From: Octopus sinensis
Lineage: Eukaryota
Direction of reading: 5' to 3'
Length of the DNA stretch: 64,000 nt
NCBI RefSeq assembly: GCF_006345805.1
Contig: NC_043002.1
Span: 96,906,001 to 96,970,000, forward strand
Positions within the stretch are counted from its first letter, which is position 1. The number at the start of each line of letters is the position of its first letter. The position numbers and the translations under genes were made by a program. Under the pieces are notes generated by a model. The model did no database searches. It was not told the origin of the DNA and saw only the letters and a list, made by a program, of their open reading frames with translations. This document shows, piece after piece, positions 1 to 13,178 of this stretch.

Positions 1-322
1 CGGCTAGGATGTGTTAACCACCTACCCTCCATATTCACCCGGTATTGCTCCTTCGGATTTCCACTTATTCAGGTCTCTGCAGAATAGTCTTAATGGTAAA
101 AATTTTAATTCTTTGGATGACGTAAAAAGATACCTTGATGAATTCTTTGCCATGAAACCACCTCAATTCTGGGAAGAGAGTATTTTCAAGTTAAAGGAAA
201 GATGGAGACGCATTGTGCAACAAAATGGTTCATATTTGGTTGATTAAAAATGTAATGGCACGTATTTATTAACCTTTTTCTTTCCTTTAAAAATCGGCAC
301 GAATTTTCCGGACAACCCAATA
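1..322 (+). mobile_element. mariner transposon 3' end (transposase C-terminus plus right TIR)
   Basis: ORF 11-247 reads YPPYSPGIAPSDFHLF (mariner YSPDLAPSD motif region). It is followed by AAAAATCGGCACGAATTTTCCGGACAACCCAA-TA, a mariner-type TIR ending at TA (321-322). Confidence 0.9.
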
Positions 323-1248
323 TTTCACTGCCCCAGAGAAATAATCACCTCAAATTTCTATGTTACCATATTTGCACGCAGAGAATTTACAGAAATTTCA
401 AGCTATTCCTTTAATCATTATATACTGATAAAATTAGGTGGGGGTCTTGAATCGTTATAGCCAATATGTTTGTTTTCCATTAAGGCATTCGTTAAAAACG
501 GAATTATTTTATTTTATAGTTTGCACAGTGGATCACATACTGCTGGACATACTGAAGTTTTACTATCCGGCATTGAACTATTGTTAAAACAAAATCGTTA
601 TTGATTTTCCTTGTAATTTTTCGTCAATAAAAGTAAATACCAGTGTTTTATAATGTAGTGTTATTTGTAAAGAGAACTGTATCTAGACAACAAATATTGA
701 GGTATTCCCAATGTGCCTTATAATAAGCTCAACTACTCGTATTTGTTTGCGTGTTCCTTAAATTTTGAGGAAACTGTCCCCGATAGAGAAAAAAACCTTT
801 CAAATAACATACATTTAAAAATAAGTCCTTTTGCTTAAAATTACTACCTATACAATTCTATAACCTAGTTCATTCAAAATAGAAGGAGTAGTTCCTCATA
901 CCATCACAGAGTAAGAAATTCTCTCCAATAGTGAAAGACATATGTTCAGATGAAAACAGATACGTATTTATGAAAAGTGAGAGACGCTAACAAACATACA
1001 AGTGAATCGCATAGAAAAGAGATAATTTCAATCATTCACACAGACACACACATATACACGTACATGCACATATACACATACGAACACATGAAATTCTCAA
1101 ACACACACATAAGACGAAAGCATACATAAGTGCCCCAGGGGTGAAGGGTCGATGTATGTAACGCATGCAGTGCATGCGTTACTATTTTTTTCGCTACAAA
1201 TAATTTTTGCTTCATATTAAGTTAATTATTGTGTTTTATGTTTTATTA

Positions 1249-2530
1249 GTTTCAGCTCAAAGCTGGGGCCATGCTGGGGCACCACCGTTTTGCTACACTG
1301 TTATTATTGAGAGCCTCCTCTGATATGTGGCATTTGGTAAATAATGGAGTTTGATGACGCTAATGTCATTTGCACCTCTTGCCGCGAGGGAGGTTCATCT
1401 GAGACTTTTGACAGGAAGAGATCCAGCTCTGATTTGAAAAAACCTACATCCACTTTTTGTATGTCCCTCAGGCTCTTTGGGAGAATATTAAAAGGCTGTG
1501 GACCCTGAAACCCAGGCTGTTGCAGTAACTGGCCCTGAAGCCCATCGGCATTGCTGAGATCTTAGGCACTGTACAGTGGCGACCCGTTCTGGTATTTGTG
1601 TAGTGTAGCTTTCAATGCCAAAATTTGACACAATCCCTTCCAGGAACTTCCAGATGTATATTACTGCATATCTCTCCCGCCTTCTCTCCAGGGAGTGGAG
1701 TCTTATCTATTTCAGCCTATTCCAGTTGCTGAGCTGTTGCAATGAGGCGATCTTCTTTGTGAAGCTTAACTAGATTGCTTCAAGGTCTGCTGTTAATTTT
1801 ACACTATTGGGTGACCATAGCTGGGAGCAGTAGTCCAGGCGGTTGAGGAGGAATTTCCTCCGGAGGACCATCATGGTTCCTTCTCTCTGGTTGTGAAGGT
1901 TCTCGGGATCCAACCAGCCAGTCGTGTGCACTTCTGCTATCCTGGCAATGAGCACTTGGAAAGAGATATCATCACTCATGTTGATACACAGGTCCCGCAC
2001 TGATTTAGGCTCTAGGATTGTAATCCCCTGTGGGCCAGTATACTCTGTAAGTTTTATATTCTGTTTTGGGCGTTGGTAGCACAGGGCTTGGAATTTTACA
2101 GCATTAAGCTGCATGTTATTGTCCTTAGCTCATCTGTAAAGTGAGTCCATCTCCCGCTGCAGGTATGCAGCATCGCCGGGGTTCTGTATTTTCGGCGAAA
2201 GTTTCGTATCGTCTGCGTAGCTAGCAATGATGGCTATCCGGGCAGCTGAGGGCATAACTGAGAGGGCCACAATGGAAAGTAATGGTCCCAAGACAGTGCC
2301 CTGTGGAACACCACGCACTATTTGAGTTTTGTTGGAGTTGGTTCCATTGGCCACTACTGCCTGACTTCTATCTTTCAGAAAGTCATATAACCACTCTCCA
2401 CGTATTCCAGCTACACCAAGATCACGCAGTTTCTGGCATATCATACCATGATCCACTTTATCAAAAGCTTTCGCAAAATCAAGATATATTACGTCCATAT
2501 TTGAGTTGAGTAACTGCTCAACACTCAATC
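1249..2530 (-). mobile_element. CR1-like LINE, 5'-truncated, frameshifted (RT to 3' end)
   Basis: YLDFAKAFDKVDHG, GVPQGTVLGPLL and YADDTK motifs (ORF 2130-2528); LDYCSQLWSP (ORF 1770-2114). 1255-1287 is the reverse complement of the 3' terminus seen at 54765-54805. Confidence 0.9.
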
Positions 2531-2699
2531 ATATTGTTAATTTACACTTTTCTCATTGTATTTGTGATGTTTTTTTGCATTTCTCGTTCCGTCATTTCTT
2601 AGCATATATATATTTTAAAGGTGTAAGTAGAGAAAGCGCCTGTTTGCTTAGCGAGAAAAGAACGAAAAGAAGTGAATTAATTTCTTTCCTGTCCATTGT

Positions 2700-3540
2700 T
2701 TTTAAGCAAGAAATGTGAAAGGAAAAAAAGAGCAGGAAGTTAAAGAAAGAAAAGTAGCAAAAGGCCGAAAAATATCTGTTTGTTCTCTGTCAGTAAGAAA
2801 AATGCTGTGGTGTTAGTATTTTCGTATACTATTATACGATGAAGGAGCGTGAAAAAGATATGCAAAACAAAACAGTGAAAGGATAAAAAGGGAAAAGTAG
2901 GAAAAAAAAGCAGAAATTTGGAAGAATTTCAACTGTTTCGTGGACTGCTACCGCAACAGCTCCTTTATAGGATCCAGTTAGCTCAAGACATCATCAGGAG
3001 GAACCACGTCCGGTTTCCGCCGCCCCTACTCCTCTACCGTTTTGACGTGACGCCCCACCCCCTTTCGGAGGTATCTTCAGCTCTGGTGTTGGGTACATGT
3101 CTTCTTTCTTCTGTTCCCCGACCTCTTCGATGTAGCATCAACGACTGTCAACGGGCGACTGACTGTCTTGTCAAATTTTTTTCTTTTAAATACCTGCTAC
3201 TAGGCTCCAGCAGTCAGCTCCAGCAAGTTGTCACTTGACACTGTCTCAACTTTAACTGACCAATGAAGGCGCGTAGTCTCAGCCCACGCATTCTCTAAAT
3301 GAGACCGTCACCTGTCAATCAGCGAAGCTAATTCAGTGTCAGCTTGTCTCACCTAGTGATGTTATTTTCCGCCGGCATGTTATGACTTTCAAGCCATTTT
3401 TGGTCTTCCCGCTTCAGCCATATATAGAAGCTGGATTATTCGACCGCCTCATGTACTCGAATGCTTGCCTTCTAGCTGTGTTAATCCAGCAGACGCATTT
3501 TCTCTTGATGCGCTGATGTTTTTACTGCAGGTCTAAAGTA
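2700..3540 (-). mobile_element. probable PLE 3' end / pseudo-LTR remnant with degenerate hammerhead-like motif
   Basis: Minus strand 3000-2928 reads CTC CTGATGA TGT...AC GAAA CAG TT GA. Pyrimidine-rich tail downstream. No clean ORF. Confidence 0.35.
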
Positions 3541-5059
3541 TATACAAATTTGCATATGCAGGAATTTAAAGGACACATAGAAAATATAAACGGGTCATAT
3601 TTTGCCATTAAGTAGTGTGTATTGTTCTGAATGTAGTCATGTGTAAAAAGATACCGTTCCACTGAGAAAAATGCAACATTTTGTTCTTGAGTACATTTAT
3701 GTTTTTGAAACAGATAATGATTTTTTATTAAATCAGTATTTTCGGATAAATTCTCAATCTGATTCCCAACTGAGAAGAGTACAAACTTTGGGAAATTGTC
3801 CTAGTGCAATACTGTTTTCATTTGATTCTTGATTTGTTATTTCTAAGAAAAAGTGACATTTGACATTTTTCGAAATGATCAGTATTTAGGGATTGAGTTG
3901 CATATACATTTTACAAATGACCAGACAGGGTCAATTAAGTCAGATATAGCAAGACATCGAATCATCATTTATGTGCTTGATCGAAGTCCTCGTCTTAAAA
4001 AAATACAAAAGTATTCGGAATTTGTTCTTATCCTCATCAAGTTCTTCAATAAATCTCCATTTACAGCGAACTATATCTAGTTTTGGAATCATGTGATAAA
4101 AGGACCTAACCTAAAGAAGAGCAGTCTTTGCGGCCCACTTAAGTATCCAGATGGTGGTCCCATGATCAATGTCTCAAACGATAGAAATAATCTTTGAATT
4201 TCATTCAAGAAACCCTTTCACTCTAAGATGCTTGGGACTAGTTTCCTAGAGATATATTTTGGAAGACCAATCATCCTTGAGTTTCCCGGAAACTTCAGAA
4301 TCAATGTCATTATATTCAGCATTAACAAAGCTCGTAATTGGGTTTGGATAACCTGACTCCGCTGCCTGTCTATGAAATCCCTCCGGCATTGGCATGTTAC
4401 CTCGGAAGCCTCTTGTTAAATTGCACTGTAGCAGCGTGTGCTGACGGATCTCTCGCGGCCAACACACTATCAACACTATTGCATTCTAATGTTCAGTTTT
4501 GATTCGAAAACGTATTAATGCTCTCAACTCTAGCAGCATTCACGTCCATGCAGATGCTATCACTCGGCTATATAATTTATCAGACAGGCGTAATTACATA
4601 AATCTTTGAGGCACTGCATCAAATTTGCATTGTCTCTATAAACAGTCCACGAAAACATTTTCCAATGCATATTTTGTCTCATTCAACAAACACAAGAACT
4701 CATACTATAAGACATGTTGAACATCCATTATTTCTATTTGGGGATAACAGGAGTTAAAGCTGTTATGAATACCAGACAACACTACCACTGATTTTATCTT
4801 CTGCCAATTCTACATTCGTGACAGCTTAAACACATTCCAAAACTTGGCCTTTCTCTTTAGACTTAAAACGTGCTTCAGCTCTGAACGGCTGCCAAGCTTT
4901 CCTCCCAAGAAAGACGAATTGGTTGAATAATTTTTACCGTCTAATGGAAGAGATAGCTACAAGTATACATAGATAACTACGTACAATGTAACAGTAACTA
5001 CTGAATATCTGTTATATTTTGTATTTGATATATTTCTTATCAGGTATCTAACAAGAAAT

Positions 5060-5390
5060 ATATCAAAACGATTTACTTTTGCCCCAGCACAAGATGCTCC
5101 TACATAAAGTGGGCCATGTAAAAAGTATGATTCTTCAAGTTGCAACCCAGCAACTTTTAGTGTTTAGCTCTGAGTTTTATTAATCTTCATGGCAAAAGAA
5201 AGTGAGTTAGGAAACTGCAACGGCATAAATTGGAATGGGACATTAGATGGTATAACTAGTATGCGAAGAATGAAGACGGTCTTACCTTTACCACAAACAG
5301 TGAGAATATTTGCCTATATGCACTTCCTCATAAGTTTGTGCACAATTACTGTTGCACCGTTGCATAATGTTTTTTTGCGGCGAAAGAAAG
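5060..5390 (-). mobile_element. Helitron PIF1-like helicase C-terminal remnant (pseudogenised)
   Basis: Manual minus-strand translation: LCNGATVIVHKLM...GKTVFILRILVIPSNVPFQFMPLQFPNSLSFAMKINKTQS*TLKVAGLQLEESYFLHGPLYVGASC. This matches the Helitron helicase motifs LCNGTRL, FKRLQFP..LAFAMTINKSQGQ and FSHGQLYVA.SR. Confidence 0.85.
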
Positions 5391-5493
5391 AGGCAGAATT
5401 TCGATGTTATCTATATATAAAAAGCATAATAGCTTCATATGAACCATTTACTTTCATTTTCTTGGACAAACAAGCTATCACACAGAATGTTTC

Positions 5494-5535
<42 letters not shown>

Positions 5536-5703
5536 TCCATATAAAATTAGTGTATATTTAAACACAAAAGAGGCGTCTTTTGGTCATTTTGACTGCTCTT
5601 TTGTGTTTAAACGTACTCTAATTTCATATGGTGAATGTGTTGTCTATTGACTTTATACATGCTGGTAGTGAAATTTCTAAAAATTCGCTACCCTAATTTA
5701 CGA

Positions 5704-5791
<88 letters not shown>

Positions 5792-6399
5792 GTGTGTGTG
5801 TGTGTGTGTGAGTGTATGTGTGTGTGTTTGTGTGTGTGTGTGTGTGCGTGCGTGTGTGTGTGTGTAAAGCGGAGAGATATAAATATTTTATCTAGGCAGA
5901 TAAGGCGTACCCTCAAATATGTAAACTTAAACAGTAACCATCCACCTAGTATAACACACAAATCAGTAGAAAATATTTCAACCCGTATCTCTAATCGCTC
6001 TGTCAATGAAAACATTTCTAAATTCAATGCAGATTATTACAATTTAGCTCCAGAAAAAGAAGGGCATAGGAAAAAAATATAATTTTGTAAAACTAATGAT
6101 AAGGTAGATATAAATACAACAAATACTAACTTAGGAACCAACGATAATAATAGAATGTTTAATTCTGCCTGCAAAAATATAGAATAAGAAAACTGTAGAT
6201 AGGGATAAGGTAATTGAATATAATAAAGATTTAAATAAAAAAGTATGACCATAATAACGAAACACGGCTGCATAGCTACAAGAATAACAATCCAAAGCAC
6301 AATAATAAAATACATTCTAATAATATAAAGGACTATAATAACGATTTTAACACACGACCCAATTCAACTCATAATAAATAGTATTAAAGAAAAACTTTT

Positions 6400-6600
6400 T
6401 ACTACTCTAAGCACAAGGCCAGCAATTTTGGGGGGAGGGAGCCAGTCGACCCCAGTACACAACTGGTACTTAATTTATCGACCCCGAAAGGATGAAAAGC
6501 AAAGTCGACTGCAGCGGAATTTGAACTCAGTACGTAAAGACAGACGAAATAGTGCTAAGCTTTTCGCCCGGCGTGCTAACGTTTCTGCCAGCTCACCGCC
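6400..6600 (-). mobile_element. SINE family 2 (GGCGGTGAGCTGGCAG head), copy 1 of a tandem pair
   Basis: Reverse complement of the family seen at 60232-60428; contains the B-box-like GAGTTCAAATTCC. Confidence 0.85.
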
Positions 6601-6610
6601 TAATAATAAT

Positions 6611-6815
6611 CTCTTCTGTTCTAGGCACAAGGCCCGAAATTTTGGGGGAGGGGTTCAGTCGATTATATCGACTTCAGTACGCAACTGGTACTTAATTTAT
6701 CGACCCTGAAATGACGAAACGCAAAGTCGATCTCAACGGAATTTGAACGTAAAGTCAGACGAAGTACCGTTAAGCATTTCACCCGGCGTGCTATCGTTTC
6801 TGCCAGTTCACCGCC
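6611..6815 (-). mobile_element. SINE family 2, copy 2 of a tandem pair
   Basis: Same family, head-to-tail with 6400-6600 across TAATAATAAT. Confidence 0.85.
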
Positions 6816-8254
6816 TTATTATAATAGGAAAATTAAACATAAAATCCCTAACGCAATAGAAAATAAAAGTAAAAAGCTCACTCCAGCCATAAATTTTAAT
6901 TACAATTCTAACTATAAGTTAAGAAATGATGCTAAAGATATAGACTAGATGATAATCTCCAAACAAGTTAAATCAAAGATACTTCGAATAGTCAACGAAG
7001 CACTAGATAAATTTTTTTCCGGTGACAAATAGATATCATAATCTATTTAATAAAGAATAAATCAAAATTGCGTTTTCAAATTCTAGAAACTTAGCTCAAG
7101 TTATAGCCGTCCATAACAACAGGCAAATTGCGAATGCTGAAGATGATAACGCTAAATATAAATGTAAAGCAAATTAAATATAATTATAATAATACCAACT
7201 TCAAAAATAATAGTAAAACGCTGAACCCAAACTCTAATCAAATCACCATTAAGAAAGCAAAGATCAAAGAGAAACTACTCAGATAATTCCATAGATCCTA
7301 TAAGTAAACGACAGACAAACATGGCGACTAGAAAGAGCAACATCTATTTTGAAAACAGTAATGATAATACATATAATAAGCAAAAATATAAAACAAACAC
7401 AAACATTATAAAATCTGATGATGAAAACTATACTAGTTTAATTCATAAAACATGTGATGGCGCCTGAACACAATGCAAGTTTCAGAATAATTGTAGAATA
7501 AAAAGCACCGTTTATAGATGAGGAACTGATTCAGGGAATGGCGCAAAAGACATTCATTAATGAGCAGAATGTGTGTTTATATAAAAGGCAAGGCGTTTTC
7601 ATTAAGGAAAAACCAAATCTCATGAAACAGAAGAATCATGTTTTCAAAGGTGAAGCGGAATAATTTGGATGAAGATCCCTTTCAGCGTGAGCCTCAAAAT
7701 TTAACTTCCATGATCTCTCATTCTTCTCTTCCTGTAATGCCAAAAGTACAAATGCCTTCAGATAAAGATTATTTGGTTCTTACACCTTTCGAAAATATAT
7801 CCATCAACATACTGTGGAATATATACTGTACCCTGTATTGAGTAAACAGAGCTTGTTTTTCAAGTTGGTTAATCTACAAACGGTGTGATAAAAATAGTTA
7901 TAAGCTTCACATTTTTAAGTGAATTGATAAATCTTAAACAGACTCTCGTTCAAAACGGTGTTGATCTTTGCCTGTATTTCTTAAAATGAAAAAACTTTTC
8001 AGTGCGGTTCGTCGTTTAATTTCAACCCTACAAAGTAATATAACGTACACATGATTCAGTGTGATATATTTTAAGAATTTGGAGTGGATAAGTAATTATC
8101 AGACCAACCCTGAGTATCAAATACGATTTAGTTCTTTACTTTGCATAGTTTATTTATATTAAGAATGTCTCCAGAAGCATAAACAGCTAGAAATTCTGAT
8201 CATTTCCGGGACTCACTTACCCGATATTTGGACCTCTACTATATATGCATAAGC

Positions 8255-8459
<205 letters not shown>

Positions 8460-8701
8460 AATAGATAGATAGATAGACAGACAGACAAACAGATAGATAG
8501 ATAGATATGTTTCTTTATTAGCCACACAGGGCTGCACACAGATAGAACAAATTACAAGGTAGAGCTTTTCTTTTGGGGGTAAAAAAAAGAGAGTGGTGGT
8601 TTTCGATCAAAAGGGATCGTAAAAGGAAAGAAAAAGGACAAAAAAAAGGGAGGGGTTAAAAAAAAGGGGGGGAGAGAAAAAAAATGAATAATAGGGATCG
8701 T

Positions 8702-8794
<93 letters not shown>

Positions 8795-9070
8795 CTAATA
8801 GCGACAAAAGCAGTATCAACACCAAAAGGTAATATTTATCTTCCCCTTGTTTAATATGAGAGGACGTGTCATCGACATGTGAAGCATAAAAGTACTCGTG
8901 TTTACATCTTTGACGAGTGATTACCACCTGCTGCGGTCACAGTGATTTTGCACTTCCGTGAGATTCTCGATGGCAGACATCCACCGGTCTGCGATTTATA
9001 GTCTCTCAGTGTCTATATGCGCACTGAAGTCGCAAAAAGCCAGTGGGCTTTCTTTTATCTTTTTCATTAT

Positions 9071-9476
9071 CTTATTTGCTTCAATCATTTAACTCCGGCC
9101 ATGCTGGAGTTAAATAAAACCATTAAATGAGAAGGTGTTTTCGTCCCTAAGGGCGGTATTACTCATTATGTGGGGATTTGAAGAGTCTACGACCATCTCT
9201 GGAATATAAGTGATGTATGTTCCAAGCGTGAACGAAATCGAATGAAAAATATTGATTTTAAGGGGGATCAAGAAAAAGGCCTGTACACACAAAGACACAC
9301 AAACACATCTTCCGTTATATTATATATATATCTATATATATACGACAGCCTTCTATCACTTTCCGTGTACCAAATCCACTCCCAAGGCTTTGGACAGCTC
9401 GAGGCTATAGTAGAAGACACTTGCCCAAAGTGTCACGTGTGGTTGGGAAACAAACTTTTACCACACAGCCACGCCT
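9071..9476 (-). mobile_element. SINE family 1 (tRNA-derived head, internal microsatellite), degraded, middle replaced
   Basis: Head and core homologous to 49862-50240. 3' tail at 9071-9110. Unrelated sequence at about 9111-9280. Confidence 0.7.
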
Positions 9477-9599
9477 GCTCATTACTAAACAATAATTAAT
9501 ATCGACATTGCTTTTATGCATCACAAGTTCAAATATATTTGAGAATCGAAGCACGGGTAGAGCATCTTTCATAGTTATGTCGTAGCGCGTGTTGGTGAC

Positions 9600-10620
9600 T
9601 AAACGCTGATTGTAAAAAAAAGCCTTGTACGATTTTATTTTTCACGGTGAGTCAGTGAAGTGGTAAAGTCCAGTAGTACGTTCCAAAGATGAACTGGCAG
9701 CGGGAGGAAAGACAGGAGGGGGAATGGAGCTTAACTACTACGGAGTAGCAACGCGTGATGAAGACCGGAGGAAGCGTGGAAAGCGAAACAACGGCTGATA
9801 ATTAGATAGATTGTGTGCGCGTATGTATATTTTTGCTGATGCTTCATACGTTATTGTATGTTAGTGAGAGAAGATATAGTCTAGCGAAGCGGGAGCGTGT
9901 GTGAAAGAATGCATTTGCGTGTTTGTGACTGTGTGTCTGTGTTTTTTGCGTGTGGATTGGAGTATCAGTGGCAAGAATTGATTGTCGTTGTGAGCAATGT
10001 TAAACTACGTATGAAAGGATTAAGGACGGTTGTGAAGCAAAGGGGAACTGACAGGTATGTAAGGGTTTTGCATTGGACCAGAGGTATACGTTTATATAAG
10101 CGCTTAAGGTGGAGATAAGAGCAAGTGTCTGTGTAGAAAGATGTACGTGGACCGAGTGTGCAAGTATGTCTGGGTATATACGTCTTAGCGTGAGAGTGTA
10201 AGACATTGTGCCCGTGTGGACATGATGTATGTAGAAGTGTTAAGTGGTAATAAGTTGGCGGAGAGGTTCCATGTGTGTAAGCGATAGCTGTGAAGATGTG
10301 TTGGGTCACGAGGTTTGTGTACGTGTGTATGTGTGTGTGTGCGTATGTTTGCGTGTGTGTGTGTGTGTGTGTGTATTATTGTATCAATTGCTTGTGGTAA
10401 TGTGAGGATGAGATAAAAGCAGTCAAGAGGGTGTCGACCTGAGTGGGGTACGTGGGAAGGAACGGGTAAAATGAGGGGGCGGTTAAATAGAGAAACATTG
10501 GAAAAGAAATTTAACACCAAAAGTGCTGTAGGCTTGGAGAGAAAGTGGGATTCTGTTCTTTCTGGAATGGTAGGGACTCCAGTGATAAAAAAACTATTTA
10601 GAAGACCAAGAGGTGCTGCA
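9600..10620 (-). mobile_element. probable PLE 3' end plus pseudo-LTR remnant
   Basis: Minus translation ITGVPTIPERTESHFLSKPTALLVLN loosely resembles the GIY-YIG C-terminal end of PLEs. It is followed by a long CA/CT-rich non-coding tail. Confidence 0.35.
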
Positions 10621-11193
10621 TGAATGGCTGGTGAAACTAAAACTAAATGCCATTTAATCAAACTTTATTTCTAATGGTTTAGAAGATCACAGAGTATACG
10701 CAGGAAAAAACAAAACTACAGAAACGCCTCTGAAAATAGTTTATTGTGTTATTTCTTTTACGTGTTTGAATAAGGATGACAAAATAATTAAACCTTGGCC
10801 TGGTATACTCATCATTTCCTTCCTCATCAGTTTATTGCAAACAGATTATTGCCTTTTCGATTTTGTTTCCGTTTTTTCTTTTTTCCCCTCGCTAGTTTTC
10901 TATAAATATAAAAGTATTTAAACAGAATAAAAGAATAAAGCAGTTATTCTAAACTGTTTTATTTTTTTATCCTTTTATATATGTAAATATTTCATTTTTT
11001 TTTATATGTATACTAAAAATAATTATTACCAAATAAAACTGGCAAGCAATGTTAATTATAAAGTTGTAAATTTTACTACAACAGAACATAAATCTTTACA
11101 AATTTACAGCCATTAAACAATAAACCTATAACTTCGATGAATTCGATTGCCAGCTGGTGGGGGTTATCGGGCAGCGTAATCTCACTGGCAATG

Positions 11194-11257
<64 letters not shown>

Positions 11258-11263
<6 letters not shown>

Positions 11264-11710
11264 ATATTTCAGAATGGTCATTTTGCCAGTTTACCCAATA
11301 AAAACACACGCACTATATATTTGGTGTTATTTTGCTTCAGTGTTATTTATTTTTTACATTAATCTTAATCTTATTTCGGCCAGAGTTCTTTCGTCACACT
11401 CCTGTGACCGCATCAGTGGTCCCTTTTTTTTCTTCTTTCTTATTTGTGTTAGTAAGGAGAGACACAAATAAGAAAGAAGAAAACAAAGGACCACTGATGC
11501 GGTCACAGGAGTGTGACGAAAGAACTCTGGTCGAAATAAGATTAAGATTAATGTAAAAAATAAATAACACTGAAGCAAAATAACACCAAATATATAGTGC
11601 GTGTGTTTTTATTGGCTAAACTGGCAATATGACCATTCCGAAATATAATAATATCTGTTTCAACACACGACTTCACATAAAAAATCTTGCACAACAAATA
11701 TTTAAACGTA
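11258..11710. mobile_element. palindromic non-autonomous element (about 165-bp inverted arms, about 65-bp spacer, about 58-bp extension) with a hammerhead-like motif in each arm
   Basis: 11258-11422 is the reverse complement of 11488-11652. Flanked by (TA)n. Second copy at 21714-22147. Confidence 0.85.
11489..11532 (+). ncRNA. minimal hammerhead-like motif (variant core CUGAUGC-G)
   Basis: GACCA CTGATGC G GTCAC AGGAGT GTGAC GAAA G AA C TC TGGTC: stem I GACCA/TGGTC, stem II GTCAC/GTGAC, CUC triplet. Mirror copy on the minus strand at 11378-11421. Confidence 0.55.
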
Positions 11711-11964
11711 TATATATATATATATATAGTCCCTTAAACATATAAACATATAAACATATAAACAAATACAGCCACATAAGTATTCTGACAAAACAAAAAC
11801 CAATAACGTTTAGAAATATATACGTGTTTAATAATAATGTAACATATCTATACAAAAACAAACAAAATAGAGAGGCATACTCACACATACCTGCACACAC
11901 ATACATATGTACATACCTATGTGTATATATATATAAATATACATATATATATATATATACTTAT

Positions 11965-12046
<82 letters not shown>

Positions 12047-12204
12047 ATATATTAGAAGAAATGAGGTACTCAGAAATTCGGATGGTTTTATATTTACAGA
12101 TATTTATTTGTATATTACATGTTTTTATACATCATATATCATAATCCAGATTCTCCATCCCATGTAAGCACAGGAATCAAGCATTGGATGTATATGGGTG
12201 TGCG

Positions 12205-12523
12205 TGAAGGTGCGTGGCTTAGGGGTTAGCGCATTGGACTCACGATCGTAAGATCGTGAATTCAATTCCCAGCGACGCATTATGTCCTTGAGCAAGACAC
12301 TTCATTTCTTCATTTCCCGTTGCTCCAGTCCACTCAGCTGGCAAAAAATAAGTTGTGTCTGTATTTCCAAGCGCCAGTTTTGTCACATTCTGTGTCACGC
12401 TGAATCTCCCCGAGAACCACGTTCTGGGTACACGTGTCTGTGGATTGCTCAGCCACTTGCACGTTAATTTCCCGAGCAAGCTGTTCCGTTGGGACCCTTG
12501 TTGTCGTAACCGATGTAGTGCTC
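12205..12523 (+). mobile_element. SINE family 3 (tRNA-like head, CCTTGAGCAAGACACTT core)
   Basis: GGTGCGTGGCTTAGGGGTTAG...GAATTCAATTCCC A/B-box-like head. Minus-strand copy at 26850-27130. Confidence 0.8.
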
Positions 12524-12530
12524 CATTGTG

Positions 12531-12800
12531 GAACCGCAATGGCACCATGGTTAGGACAGCGGACTAGCGGTCACAGGATAGCGGTTTCGATTCCCAGACC
12601 GGGCTTTCTGAGTGCTTATTGAGCGAAAACACCTAAAGTCCTACAAGGGGGTGGCGGCAAACTCTGTTGTATTCTTTCATCACTACTTTCTCTCATTCTT
12701 TATTCCTCTTTCTGTTGTACCTATATTTCAAAGGGCCAGACTTGTCACGCTGAATCTCTCCGAGAATTGCGTTAAGAGTACACGTTAAGAGTACACGTGT
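12531..12800 (+). mobile_element. SINE family 4 (tRNA-like head), tail truncated
   Basis: Homologous to 51749-51997. Shares the TGTCACGCTGAATCT tail with family 3. 13-bp tandem duplication CGTTAAGAGTACA at 12770-12795. Confidence 0.8.
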
Positions 12801-12880
12801 ATGTGTGTGAGTGTGTGTTTAATACAGTTTACTTAACAAATTTGGTTCTTCATCTGGTACAGCTTATTATAGAGATATTT

Positions 12881-13178
12881 TCAGCCATTCAATTTGGGGC
12901 AGAACTTAGTTATGAAACATTTTTCCATATTCCTCCTGAAGGATGTGTCATTCTTTGGACATTTGTAGAAGGGAAAGATCTCAAATTTTCCTTCTCCACA
13001 TGTATCTAGGTGTTTACTCAGTGGTATCTTGCGCCGTTCTTCCTGTCGGACATGTTGTCGGTGAATCCTGGCTCGTTGGCATAAAGAATTTCCAGTTTCA
13101 CCTATGTAATCCTCCTTGCACGTGGTGCAGGTTATGCAGTATATTACGTTCTGCGTCTTGTAGTTCATATATATCTTC

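Larger units (their letters stand above)
5864..7450 (+). mobile_element. degraded Penelope-like element (RT thumb/linker), interrupted by two SINEs
   Basis: YVNLNSNHPPSI...NISTRISNRSVNENI...YYNLA at 5900-6060 (PLE thumb pattern). Further linker-like residues near 6990-7130. Confidence 0.65.

Noticed and set aside
3850-4900. Coding-like minus-strand stretch with faint L1/Tx1 C-terminal resemblance (ETKYALENVFVDC, LRALIRFRIKTE)
   Set aside because: Many stops and only weak motif similarity; it cannot be classified by eye.
7638-7841. 67-aa plus-strand ORF in non-repetitive-looking sequence
   Set aside because: No recognisable motif, no convincing splice context, and a length compatible with chance.
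8220-8234. Possible minus-strand micro-exon AGGTCCAAATATCGG|GTAAGT (RSKYR in phase 0)
   Set aside because: The donor is good, but the acceptor lacks a polypyrimidine tract and abuts (TA)n; unsupported without reads.
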